From contig JAVBOY010000004.1 in NCBI GenBank assembly GCA_031550085.1, positions 306-64,305 of the forward strand: a stretch of 64,000 bases of DNA, in the 5' to 3' direction. The notes under the pieces were generated by a model that was given only the letters and a program-made list of their open reading frames with translations, had not been told where the DNA came from and searched no databases. This DNA comes from Lentimicrobiaceae bacterium. GTDB taxonomy: Bacteria; Bacteroidota; Bacteroidia; Bacteroidales; UBA4417. Below, in pieces: positions 28,159-36,671 of this stretch (its first letter is position 1; each line of letters begins with the position of its first letter). The position numbers and the translations under genes are program-made.

Positions 28159-29454
28159 TTAAGCAAGCACTCCGAATAAATCGAAGTTGTCGGAGGATGT
28201 AATTTTGATGTCCGAAAATTCGCCGATCCGGCAATTTTCGGTAAGCGGAACCAGCACCTCGCCATCTACTTCGGGCGAATCAAATTCGGTGCGCCCGACA
28301 AAGTACTCGCCGTCGATCCGGTCCACCAATACCTTAAACGTTTTTCCGATTTTTTGCTGATCCAACTGGTCGGCAATGTGTTGCTGCACTTCCATCAACT
28401 CGGCGGCGCGTTCATTCTTCAATTCGTCCGGAACGTTGTCGTCCAGTTTGCAAGCCGGCGTATTTTCTTCTTCCGAATAGGTAAACACGCCCACCCGGTC
28501 AAATTTTACTTCCCGGATAAAATCGAGCAATTCGCCGAATTCCTGCTCCGTTTCACCGGGATAACCGACGATAAAAGCCGTACGAAGCGCAGCTCCGGGC
28601 AACTTTTTACGGAATTTTTCAATCAACCGGACAGTTTCCTCTTTGGTTACGCCCCGCCGCATGGATTTCAAAATCCGGTCGCTGATGTGTTGCAATGGAA
28701 TATCAATGTAGTTGCATACGTCGGAATGCGAGGTGATGATTTCGAAAAGCTCTTCGGGAAAATTGTTCGGATACAAATAATGCAAGCGGATCCAGTCGAA
28801 TCGCTTTAATGCACTGAGTTTTTCGACCAATTGCGGCAACATCTTTTTTTGATCCGAATCGATTCCGTAATACGTCAGATCTTGCGCCACCAGCAGCAAT
28901 TCTTTCACACCGCCTTGGGCCAGCAGTTCTGCTTCCTGTAAAATGGCTTCCATGGGACGTGACACATGGGGGCCGCGAATTTTCGGAATGGCGCAAAACG
29001 AGCAACTCCGGTCGCAGCCTTCAGCAATTTTCAGGTAGGCGTAGTGTGGCGGAGTCGTCAATACCCGTTCGCAAAGCAATTTGGAGCGGTATTCCCCGCC
29101 TATTTTTTTTACAATAAACTCCAAATCGTTTACGCCAAAAAATTGCCCGACTTCGGGAATCTCTTTTGCCAACTGCTCCTTGTAACGTTCCGACAAACAT
29201 CCCATCACATAAACCTCCTTGATTTTTCCCCGCTTTTTTTCTTCAACATACGAAAGGATGGTGTCTATGGATTCCTCTTTGGCATCGTGGATAAATCCGC
29301 AAGTATTGATAACGACCGTATCGGCCTTGCCTTTGTCTTGTTCTTTCAGTATTTTGATGTTGTTTAATTTCAGTTGTCCCATCAAAACCTCGCTGTCTAC
29401 CATATTTTTGGCGCAGCCCAGGGTAACGATGCGCACGCTTTGGCTATCTCTCAT
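28159..29454 (-). CDS. rimO: Ribosomal protein S12 methylthiotransferase
   Basis: TLGCAKNMVDSE, INTCGFI, radical SAM CDRSCSFC, C-terminal TRAM with DSPEVDG. Confidence 0.96.
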   Translation of the reverse strand: MRDSQSVRIVTLGCAKNMVDSEVLMGQLKLNNIKILKEQDKGKADTVVINTCGFIHDAKEESIDTILSYVEEKKRGKIKEVYVMGCLSERYKEQLAKEIPEVGQFFGVNDLEFIVKKIGGEYRSKLLCERVLTTPPHYAYLKIAEGCDRSCSFCAIPKIRGPHVSRPMEAILQEAELLAQGGVKELLLVAQDLTYYGIDSDQKKMLPQLVEKLSALKRFDWIRLHYLYPNNFPEELFEIITSHSDVCNYIDIPLQHISDRILKSMRRGVTKEETVRLIEKFRKKLPGAALRTAFIVGYPGETEQEFGELLDFIREVKFDRVGVFTYSEEENTPACKLDDNVPDELKNERAAELMEVQQHIADQLDQQKIGKTFKVLVDRIDGEYFVGRTEFDSPEVDGEVLVPLTENCRIGEFSDIKITSSDNFDLFGVLA

Positions 29455-29488
29455 TTCTTTTTATTTATCCTTTTCAATATTTGGAGCG

Positions 29489-29496
29489 CAAAATTA
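29489..29496 (-). promoter_or_regulatory. -7 promoter box TAATTTTG for rimO
   Basis: Perfect TAnnTTTG about 35 nt upstream of the ATG. Confidence 0.6.
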
Positions 29497-29611
29497 TCGG
29501 ATTACAAAGAGTTGCGCAAATTTTTTACAATCATTTAATTTTTAATACATTGAAATTGGGATACAATAAAATTTGTTAATTCCTTGTTATCAAGGAAAAA
29601 GTATTCTTCCC

Positions 29612-31165
29612 ATGAACAAAAACCAAAACCTGTTAATCGTCTTTCTTGCCGGCATCGTGTTTACCGCAGTATTTTATCATCAAATGCTGGGATTCAATTT
29701 GTTTTTATACAACATTTTAATTCTTTTTCTATTACTTTTTGTTTACAAAAGCATTCATTTAAAAAACAAAGCCCATTTGGTACTGGCAGCGGGTACGTTT
29801 TTAACGGCCGTGGGAACATTGGTTCATGCATCGGCTTTTGTCATTACCCTGAATATCCTGTCGCTTATCGCTTTGTTCGGCACGACCAACAACGGCAAAC
29901 TGAAAAATCTGGTAAATGTCGCTTTTGCAGGAGTGATTCAATTTTTTCTGGGAATTATTTTTGTTTTTCAAAACAACCAACCGATTTCCCGTAAAGAAAC
30001 CAAATCGTATCCTTCGTTTGTCAAGTGGCTGACGTATGGGTTGATTCCTTTGGCGTTGGTGATTCTTTTCGCGCTCCTGTACGTCAATGCCAGTTCAAAA
30101 TTCCGGGAAATGTTCCGTTTTGTTCCCGACTTCTTCGATTACGTATTCAAGCAGATCAATTTTCCGATGTGCCTGTTGTTCCTTTTCGGATTTATGATTG
30201 CGGCGGCATTTTTCACGAAAACCCAAGTTATCCAACTGTTCGGCGAACCCGAAACCGATGCCCTACGTCGCAAACGAAACCCAAACTACTTAGGAAAAAT
30301 AACCGGATTGACATCCGAATTCCGGATTGCCGTGCTTAGCTTCATTGCATTGAATGTGTTGTTGTTTATTTTCAATTGTGTGGATATTTGGACGGTGTGG
30401 ATCAACTTTAGCTGGGATGGCGCTTTGCTCAAGGAATTTGTTCACGAAGGAACGTATACCCTTATTTTCACGCTGGGGCTTTCCCTCCTTTTGGTTTTGA
30501 TTTTCTTCCGCAAGAATCTGAATTTTTATTCCAAAAACAAATCGTTGAAAATACTTGCAAATACCTGGATCATCCAAAACGCCATCTTAGCCGTTTCGGT
30601 GCTGATCCGCAATTTGCATTATATCAACTATTACAATCTGGCTTATTTACGTATTGGCGTTCTGATGTTCCTAATCCTTGTGTTTGTGGGACTGATAAGT
30701 GTATTTTTGAAAATAAATTGCACTAAAAATTTTGCTTACCTGATGCGTATCAACGCATTGGCTGCCTATCTCGTGTTGGCCGGATTTTCGTTACCGGATT
30801 GGGATGTGATCATTGCCAAATTCAATTTCAGCCGTTCCGACAAGGCTCTGGTGCATTTGAGTTTCCTGTCCGGCTTGGATCAAAAAGCGCTTCCCTATTT
30901 AATCAAAACCGAGGCCGAGTTAGCCGAAAACGATCCCGTCGTGGAACGCATCGGCCGCAAAGATGCCCGCATGAGCCAGCCGGAGTATATCGAATGTATT
31001 GAAAAGCGAATACAGAATTTTCTACTCGCTTATCCCCAACGAACTTTTTTGGAATGGAATTATGCTGATTGGAAAGCCTATCAAAAACTACGGACAAAAA
31101 TAAAACCGGCTGAGAATAAGCCGGTTCCGTTAAATTCAAACGATACGGCGGTTTCTCCTCAGTGA
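29612..31165 (+). CDS. DUF4153/DUF4173 family polytopic membrane protein
   Basis: About 12 TMs; LFALLYVNASSKF, VHEGTYTLIF, RNLHYI..YNLAYLRIG, WDVIIAKFN, YLxxL-like C-terminus. Confidence 0.8.
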   Translation: MNKNQNLLIVFLAGIVFTAVFYHQMLGFNLFLYNILILFLLLFVYKSIHLKNKAHLVLAAGTFLTAVGTLVHASAFVITLNILSLIALFGTTNNGKLKNLVNVAFAGVIQFFLGIIFVFQNNQPISRKETKSYPSFVKWLTYGLIPLALVILFALLYVNASSKFREMFRFVPDFFDYVFKQINFPMCLLFLFGFMIAAAFFTKTQVIQLFGEPETDALRRKRNPNYLGKITGLTSEFRIAVLSFIALNVLLFIFNCVDIWTVWINFSWDGALLKEFVHEGTYTLIFTLGLSLLLVLIFFRKNLNFYSKNKSLKILANTWIIQNAILAVSVLIRNLHYINYYNLAYLRIGVLMFLILVFVGLISVFLKINCTKNFAYLMRINALAAYLVLAGFSLPDWDVIIAKFNFSRSDKALVHLSFLSGLDQKALPYLIKTEAELAENDPVVERIGRKDARMSQPEYIECIEKRIQNFLLAYPQRTFLEWNYADWKAYQKLRTKIKPAENKPVPLNSNDTAVSPQ

Positions 31166-32112
31166 AACAGCGAATCCACAAATTCGTTTTTATCGAACAA
31201 TTGTAAGTCGGTCATTTTTTCGCCCAAGCCAATGTAGCGCACCGGTACTTTAAACTGGTCGCTGATCCCGATTACCACACCGCCCTTTGCCGTTCCGTCG
31301 AGTTTGGTCAATGCCAAGCCCGTTACATCGGTGACTGCCGTAAATTGTTTGGCTTGTTCTATGGCATTTTGCCCGGTGGAAGCATCGAGTACCAAAAGTA
31401 CTTCGTGGGGTGCATCGGGCAATACTTTCTGCATGACATTCTTAATCTTGCCCAGCTCGTTCATCAGGTTGACTTTGTTGTGCAAGCGTCCAGCCGTGTC
31501 GATAATAACGACATCCGCATTGCGGGATACGGCTGATTTTAACGTATCAAAAGCTACGGAAGCAGGATCGGAACCCATTTGCTGCTTGATAATTGGCACC
31601 TGGGTCCGTTCGGCCCAGATGGTAAGCTGGTCGATGGCCGCCGCACGAAACGTGTCGGCTGCGCCCAACAACACGCTTTTTCCGGCTTCTTTAAATTGAT
31701 AAGCCAACTTGCCGATGGTGGTGGTTTTTCCCACGCCATTCACCCCCACAACCAAAATAACATAGGGGGTTTCCCGTTTGGGAAAATCAAAAGGCAGGAA
31801 ATTACCCGAATCCTGTTCGGCCAACAAAGTGGCTATTTCTTCACGCAAAATGGCATTCAGTTCACTGGTACCCAAAAACTTATCGCGGGCTACACGTTGC
31901 TGGATGCGTTCAATGATTTTCAAAGTTGTGGAAACACCCACATCGGAAGTGACCAATATTTCTTCCAGGTTATCGAGCACTTCGTCATCGACCTTCGATT
32001 TGCCGACGATGGCTTTCGAAATCCGTGAGAACAAACCGGAGCGGGTTTTTTCCAAGCCTTGCTCCAAAGTGTCCTTATCTTCTTTCTTTTTAAAAAAGGA
32101 AAAAACGCTCAT
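31159..32112 (-). CDS. ftsY: Signal recognition particle receptor FtsY
   Basis: GVNGVGKTTT, DTFRAAA, DTAGRL, TKLDGTAKGG. Confidence 0.97.
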   Translation of the reverse strand: MSVFSFFKKKEDKDTLEQGLEKTRSGLFSRISKAIVGKSKVDDEVLDNLEEILVTSDVGVSTTLKIIERIQQRVARDKFLGTSELNAILREEIATLLAEQDSGNFLPFDFPKRETPYVILVVGVNGVGKTTTIGKLAYQFKEAGKSVLLGAADTFRAAAIDQLTIWAERTQVPIIKQQMGSDPASVAFDTLKSAVSRNADVVIIDTAGRLHNKVNLMNELGKIKNVMQKVLPDAPHEVLLVLDASTGQNAIEQAKQFTAVTDVTGLALTKLDGTAKGGVVIGISDQFKVPVRYIGLGEKMTDLQLFDKNEFVDSLFH

Positions 32113-32157
32113 TTCAGTTTGGTATTTGGTAGTACTGGCTAAATTACAACATTCTGC

Positions 32158-32192
32158 AAAAAAAAACGGCTTTTTCTAAAAAAGAAAAAGCC
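32158..32192 (-). terminator. Intrinsic terminator after rpmG-DUF4295
   Basis: GGCTTTTTCT/AGAAAAAGCC stem plus an A-tract at 32158-32166. Confidence 0.65.
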
Positions 32193-32215
32193 TTGCAATA
32201 CGATATTCAGAGCAA

Positions 32216-32371
32216 TTATTTCTTTGCTAAATAATCTTTTACTTGATCGTTCGGAACAATTTTTTCTTCGAATGCATAAGCCCCGGTTTTGGGCGAACGC
32301 ACCATACGGATTACTTTCGCAAAGTCTTTACCGGTCGAAGTACGCAGGGTTGCAACAGTTTTTTTTGCCAT
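32216..32371 (-). CDS. DUF4295 family small protein (51 aa; missing from the ORF track)
   Basis: Manual translation MAKKTVATLRTSTGKDFAKVIRMVRSPKTGAYAFEEKIVPNDQVKDYLAKK; usual position between rpmG and ftsY. Confidence 0.9.
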   Translation of the reverse strand: MAKKTVATLRTSTGKDFAKVIRMVRSPKTGAYAFEEKIVPNDQVKDYLAKK

Positions 32372-32382
32372 GGTTTAAAGGA

Positions 32383-32571
32383 TTATTTAATTTCGCGGTG
32401 AACGGTTACTTTTTTCAAAATGGGGTTGTATTTTTTCAACTCCAAACGTTCGGGCGTATTCTTTTTATTTTTAACGGTGATATAGCGCGATGTGCCGGGC
32501 ATACCACTTGTTTTATGTTCGGTGCACTCCATGATCACCTGGATGCGTGCTTCTTTGGTTTTCTTTGCCAT
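32383..32571 (-). CDS. rpmG: 50S ribosomal protein L33 (non-zinc type)
   Basis: [47 protein letters not shown]. Confidence 0.96.
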   Translation of the reverse strand: MAKKTKEARIQVIMECTEHKTSGMPGTSRYITVKNKKNTPERLELKKYNPILKKVTVHREIK

Positions 32572-32601
32572 TTTTACCGGATCTTTTTTATTTCAGGGGT
32601 G

Positions 32602-32609
32602 CAAAGTTA
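32602..32609 (-). promoter_or_regulatory. -7 promoter box TAACTTTG for rpmG
   Basis: Perfect TAnnTTTG 30 nt upstream of the ATG. Confidence 0.7.
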
Positions 32610-32690
32610 GAGTTTCTTTTTGAATCTGCAAAGAGTCATGGAAAATATTTTCAAAAATCGTTTTTAGTTTCCGGAAAACACGCCTTCTCG

Positions 32691-32822
32691 TTGTTTTCCC
32701 CTCCGAAATGTATTTTGTTTGTTTTCCCCTCTGGAAAGCACGCTGTTTGTTTTCTCCTTTGGGAGGGGGTTCGGAGGAGTAAAAACACCCCCGCCCTTCG
32801 GGCACCCCTGAAAGCGGGGGAC
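32691..32822. repeat. REP-like GC-rich palindromes plus three decayed 28-bp tandem units just downstream of the DUF559 remnant
   Basis: TTGTTTT(C/T)CC units at 32691, 32719 and 32747; CTCCTTTGGGAG; GCCC-TTC-GGGC; CCCC-TGAAAGC-GGGG. Confidence 0.7.
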
Positions 32823-32824
32823 AG

Positions 32825-33124
32825 TTAGCTGCAATTCTTTTCGAGTTCCTGCATCGTTTGTTCGATAATGCCGATTACTTGATCTATATGTCTCAAAACT
32901 TCTTCATCCTTAAAGCGTAATACCGTATATCCCAAACCTTGCAAATAGGCTTCTTTTTTCTGGTCTTTGAGTTGAGTTTCTTCAAACAAGTGTGTATACG
33001 CATCCACTTCAATAACAAGCATTAATTCGAGACACACAAAGCCAACGATATACCAACCGATCGGACGTTGCCGCCGAAATCCATATCCCTGCATTCTTTT
33101 GGCTCGTAATGCATATTTCCATAA
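32825..33124 (-). pseudogene. 5'-truncated DUF559 (Vsr-like) endonuclease
   Basis: LWKYALRA..GYGFRRQRPI..IVGFVC..LVIEVDA.TH..GYTVLRF; lacks the N-terminal helix and a plausible start; the expected DF and EVDG motifs read GF and EVDA. Confidence 0.7.
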
Positions 33125-33190
33125 ACAGGATTTGTCGTTGGCGCAACACACCAAATCGGAGAAGACACCCCTGCTAGGGAAAATAATCAT

Positions 33191-33198
33191 TATCTTTG
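33191..33198 (+). promoter_or_regulatory. -7 promoter box TATCTTTG for the ATPase operon
   Basis: Perfect TAnnTTTG 20 nt upstream of ATG 33219. Confidence 0.65.
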
Positions 33199-33218
33199 CA
33201 GTTTAATTGGGAAAGCTT

Positions 33219-34496
33219 ATGGCTCATTTGATAATTCAAAATCTAGGTGCAATTAGCAATATTGATATTGTTTTAAACAAGGTCAATATATTTATTGGGC
33301 CTCAAAGTAGTGGAAAAAGTACCATTGCCAAAGTCATTAGTTATTGTCAATGGGTGGAAAAACGCTGCATATTGGATGGCGAATACAATGAAGATTTTGC
33401 AGAAAAATTCATGGAATTTCATAGGATAAGTGACTCTTACTTCCATGATGATTCTTACATAAAATACGAAAGTGATAGTATTTTTATTGAATACAAAGGA
33501 CGTTCGCATAAACAAACTATTGAAAAAACAAATGATGGTTTATCCTATAAAAATTCTAAAAATATTTATATACCAGCAGAACGTAACTTTGTGTCTGCGA
33601 TTGATAATCTTAGAAAGTACAAAAGAACTAATGACAATATTATGAACTTTGTCTATGATTGGGCAGAAGTTCGAGATAATTATCCATCTGAAAATAAATA
33701 TTCTGTTTTAGATTTAAATGTTTCATATTACTACATCCTAGATTCTGATACAGACATGTTACTTCTAAACGAAGGACAAAAAGAACTAAAGTTAAATTAT
33801 GCATCCAGTGGTTTGCAATCATTAATTCCATTATTATTGCCATTGGAATATATGACGGGAAAATTGTTTGATATAAAAAATACAGAATCTGTTGATGAAA
33901 AATCAGAAATACTAAATATATTCTCTAAATATTTCAGCCAAGTTTTTGATGAAACTAGAAGAAAGGAAATAAGTGAACAATTACAAGAAGAAGCCAAAAC
34001 AAATAGAAAAAGTTTTAGCATTAGTTTAAAAAATGAAGAGACTGAAAAACTATACGATATTCTAAGAAGACGTAGAGAGTATCACTTTTCTCAATTTATT
34101 TTTGAAGAACCTGAACAAAACCTATTTCCTAAAACACAAAGGGATTTGGTATATTACATGCTTCAAAAAATAACAGCTGAAAGTCGAGACCACAGGCTGT
34201 TACTTACTACTCATAGCCCTTTTATTTTACAGGCTTTCAACAATTGCATGATGGGCTATTTGGTAAAAGATAAAATGCCACAGGATGAGCAAAAAGAATT
34301 GCTCAATAATATTTCATATATAAATCCATCATTGGTTTCAGCGTACGAAATTACAAAAGAAGGGACATTAAAATCCATCCAAAACGAAAAAACAGGAACA
34401 ATCGGAAAACATTATTTCAACAGAATGACAAACGAAATAATGAATGAATATTATGACATGTTGAATTATTTGGATATTGATGACAATGAAAAGTAA
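33219..34496 (+). CDS. ABC-type (AAA_15/AAA_21-like) soluble ATPase, putative defence component
   Basis: Walker A GPQSSGKS, signature ASSGLQS, Walker B FIFEEPEQNL, H-loop TTHSPF; no TM segments; AT-rich. Confidence 0.85.
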   Translation: MAHLIIQNLGAISNIDIVLNKVNIFIGPQSSGKSTIAKVISYCQWVEKRCILDGEYNEDFAEKFMEFHRISDSYFHDDSYIKYESDSIFIEYKGRSHKQTIEKTNDGLSYKNSKNIYIPAERNFVSAIDNLRKYKRTNDNIMNFVYDWAEVRDNYPSENKYSVLDLNVSYYYILDSDTDMLLLNEGQKELKLNYASSGLQSLIPLLLPLEYMTGKLFDIKNTESVDEKSEILNIFSKYFSQVFDETRRKEISEQLQEEAKTNRKSFSISLKNEETEKLYDILRRRREYHFSQFIFEEPEQNLFPKTQRDLVYYMLQKITAESRDHRLLLTTHSPFILQAFNNCMMGYLVKDKMPQDEQKELLNNISYINPSLVSAYEITKEGTLKSIQNEKTGTIGKHYFNRMTNEIMNEYYDMLNYLDIDDNEK

Positions 34497-35103
34497 AATT
34501 GAGACTCAATTACCCAAAGATAAACATAATCTATGCGAAATTTCTTTTGAAAAAATATATGTTGCCGATTGGAAAAACACAGATAATACACGTGGCGTTG
34601 AAGTCTCAGAAGAACACCCCACGATAGGTTGCGTTTGTATTTCCAATGAAAATAAAATCTCTATTATTTTTGACGGATTTGGTGAAAATGCCTTACCAGT
34701 AAAGAAAGGAACACAATGTAAACAGTGTGAGTGTGTGTTATTTCCTTCTTCGAACGATAATCATTGGATTTTATTTATTGAAACAAAATATGCAGAAGAT
34801 ACAGTTCTTGCATTTAGAAAAGAAAGTGATTATCCTTATTGTATGGTATCTCAAATCATAGATACTATTGCTTACTTTCGCAGTAAGAGTATTATCGAGA
34901 TTAATCGTAACGTGCATGCAATAGTTTCATTTCCTAATCTGAAAGAAAATTATCATGAAGTATTTTTTGCAGCCCTTCAGGAATCCGAATTACCCATTAG
35001 TGTAGAAGATATTAGATTGAAACATAAAATCACTATTCGGGCGTGCAATACTGCAACCGTTATCTCTGAAAAAAGATTACGACTACCTGTTCCTAGTGAA
35101 TAG
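34480..35103 (+). CDS. Hypothetical protein with a PD-(D/E)xK-like motif, partner of the ATPase
   Basis: Start overlaps the ATPase stop; KQCECVL...WILFIETKY followed by an SQIIDTI helix; AT-rich. Confidence 0.6.
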   Translation: MTMKSKIETQLPKDKHNLCEISFEKIYVADWKNTDNTRGVEVSEEHPTIGCVCISNENKISIIFDGFGENALPVKKGTQCKQCECVLFPSSNDNHWILFIETKYAEDTVLAFRKESDYPYCMVSQIIDTIAYFRSKSIIEINRNVHAIVSFPNLKENYHEVFFAALQESELPISVEDIRLKHKITIRACNTATVISEKRLRLPVPSE

Positions 35104-35266
35104 CATGTTAAACACAAATACCTTTACGTTACTACAATCAACAATTTGTAACTCTGTTCCAACGCTGATCAACATTTATGGAGTCTTGGCTTAAACATCG
35201 GTTGTTATTTCAGCCTAAAATAAGCGCACTTCTTGTAATCCTGCTGAAGGGTAACACCCTATTCTG

Positions 35267-35557
35267 CTACAACAGCACCATTTCCTTTACGACCTCCTTC
35301 CCTACTGCTTTATTTAACTTGCGGATCAGGTCGGTTTTGTGGTAGGAAAGTTCGTGTTTCAGGGCGGCATTGTCGGCTTTTACATAAAGGGCCTGATCTT
35401 TGACATAGATTTTTTCGGTATGGCGGGCGATCAGTTTTCCGGCTACCTGCGTCCAGGCCGAAACCACGCGGGCCTCATCGACCTTGCGGCTGATGCGGTA
35501 GTCGCTGAACATTTGCTCCAACGCTTCTTTGATTGTGATTTCGGAGGAGTTACGCAT
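35267..35557 (-). CDS. DUF721 / DciA-like protein
   Basis: 96 aa; VVSAW..VAG..IA..T....VKD..LYV....AALKHEL; overlaps the recF stop. Confidence 0.85.
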   Translation of the reverse strand: MRNSSEITIKEALEQMFSDYRISRKVDEARVVSAWTQVAGKLIARHTEKIYVKDQALYVKADNAALKHELSYHKTDLIRKLNKAVGKEVVKEMVLL

Positions 35558-36671
35558 GGGTAGTAGGGGATTCGGTTACGGTTCCCGAAACGGTTTTAAA
35601 TATACGGTACTGTAGATTCAGGGACTCGAAAATTGTGGAAATGCGTTGCAAATGGGTATCGGTGATAAAAACCTGGCCGAATTGCTCACTGCTTACCAAC
35701 GCAAGCAGTTGTCCGATCCGTTGTTCGTCCAGCTTGTCAAAAATATCATCCAGCAGCAAAATGGGACAAAATCCCACCCGCAACTTGGTAAATTCGTACT
35801 GCGCCAGCTTTAACGCGACCACAAAGGATTTTTGCTGTCCTTGCGAGCCGTATTTTTTGATGGGGAATCCGCCGATTTCAAAAAGCAGGTCGTCTTTGTG
35901 GATTCCTTTGCCCGTGTAACGTTGCAGTAAATCTTTTTCGAACGATTCTTTCATCAGTTCCAAAAAGGAATTTTGATACAAATGGGATTCGTACCGGATA
36001 TCGGGAATTTCATTTCGCGAACTGATGGACTGGTAAAAGCGGGTAAAAATGGGTAAAAAATCATTTATAAATTGTTGCCGCTTTCCTGAGATAATTGTGG
36101 CCAGAGGCTGCATTTGTTCGTCCAACAACGAAAACATATCCGTCAACGAGCCGCTCACAGTGGCCGCCTGCTTGAGCAGGGCATTGCGTTGTTCGAGCAG
36201 GTGGTTGTAGCGGATGAGTTGTTCCAAATACGTTTTATCGAACTGCGATACCACCGAATCCAGGAATTTCCGCCGGAAATCGCTTCCTTCGTTAATCAAA
36301 TCACGGTCGTAAGGGGAAATCATCACACAAGGAAACTGCCCGATGTGGTCGGACAGGCGGTCGTATTCCTTTTGGTTGATTTTAAATTGTTTCTTATGCC
36401 CCAGCTTTTGGATACAACTTACAGGATCTATTGCTCCACCGGGCTGTGAATAGAATCCGTGGATGGCAAAAAAATCGGCTCCGTGACGGATGTTTTGGGC
36501 ATCGATGTTGTTGAAATAGCTTTTGGTAAACGAAAGGTAATAAATGGCGTCGAGCAGGTTGGTTTTCCCAGCACCATTATTGCCTACAAAGCAATTGATA
36601 TTGGAATCGAACTCCAGCTCGGCTTCCGCGTAGTTTTTAAAATGGATAATATGGATTTTGGATAGGAACAA
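35550..36671 (-). CDS. recF: DNA replication and repair protein RecF
   Basis: FKNY, GNNGAGKTNLLDAIY, RRKFLD, GSQGQQKS, LLLDDIFDKLD; TTG start. Confidence 0.95.
   Translation of the reverse strand: MFLSKIHIIHFKNYAEAELEFDSNINCFVGNNGAGKTNLLDAIYYLSFTKSYFNNIDAQNIRHGADFFAIHGFYSQPGGAIDPVSCIQKLGHKKQFKINQKEYDRLSDHIGQFPCVMISPYDRDLINEGSDFRRKFLDSVVSQFDKTYLEQLIRYNHLLEQRNALLKQAATVSGSLTDMFSLLDEQMQPLATIISGKRQQFINDFLPIFTRFYQSISSRNEIPDIRYESHLYQNSFLELMKESFEKDLLQRYTGKGIHKDDLLFEIGGFPIKKYGSQGQQKSFVVALKLAQYEFTKLRVGFCPILLLDDIFDKLDEQRIGQLLALVSSEQFGQVFITDTHLQRISTIFESLNLQYRIFKTVSGTVTESPTTHA

Noticed and set aside
33125-35266. Target-site duplication or att sites around the AT-rich insert
   Set aside because: Only a CCTGCT..GGG similarity at about 33171 and 35240, too short to be significant; no integrase or transposase nearby.
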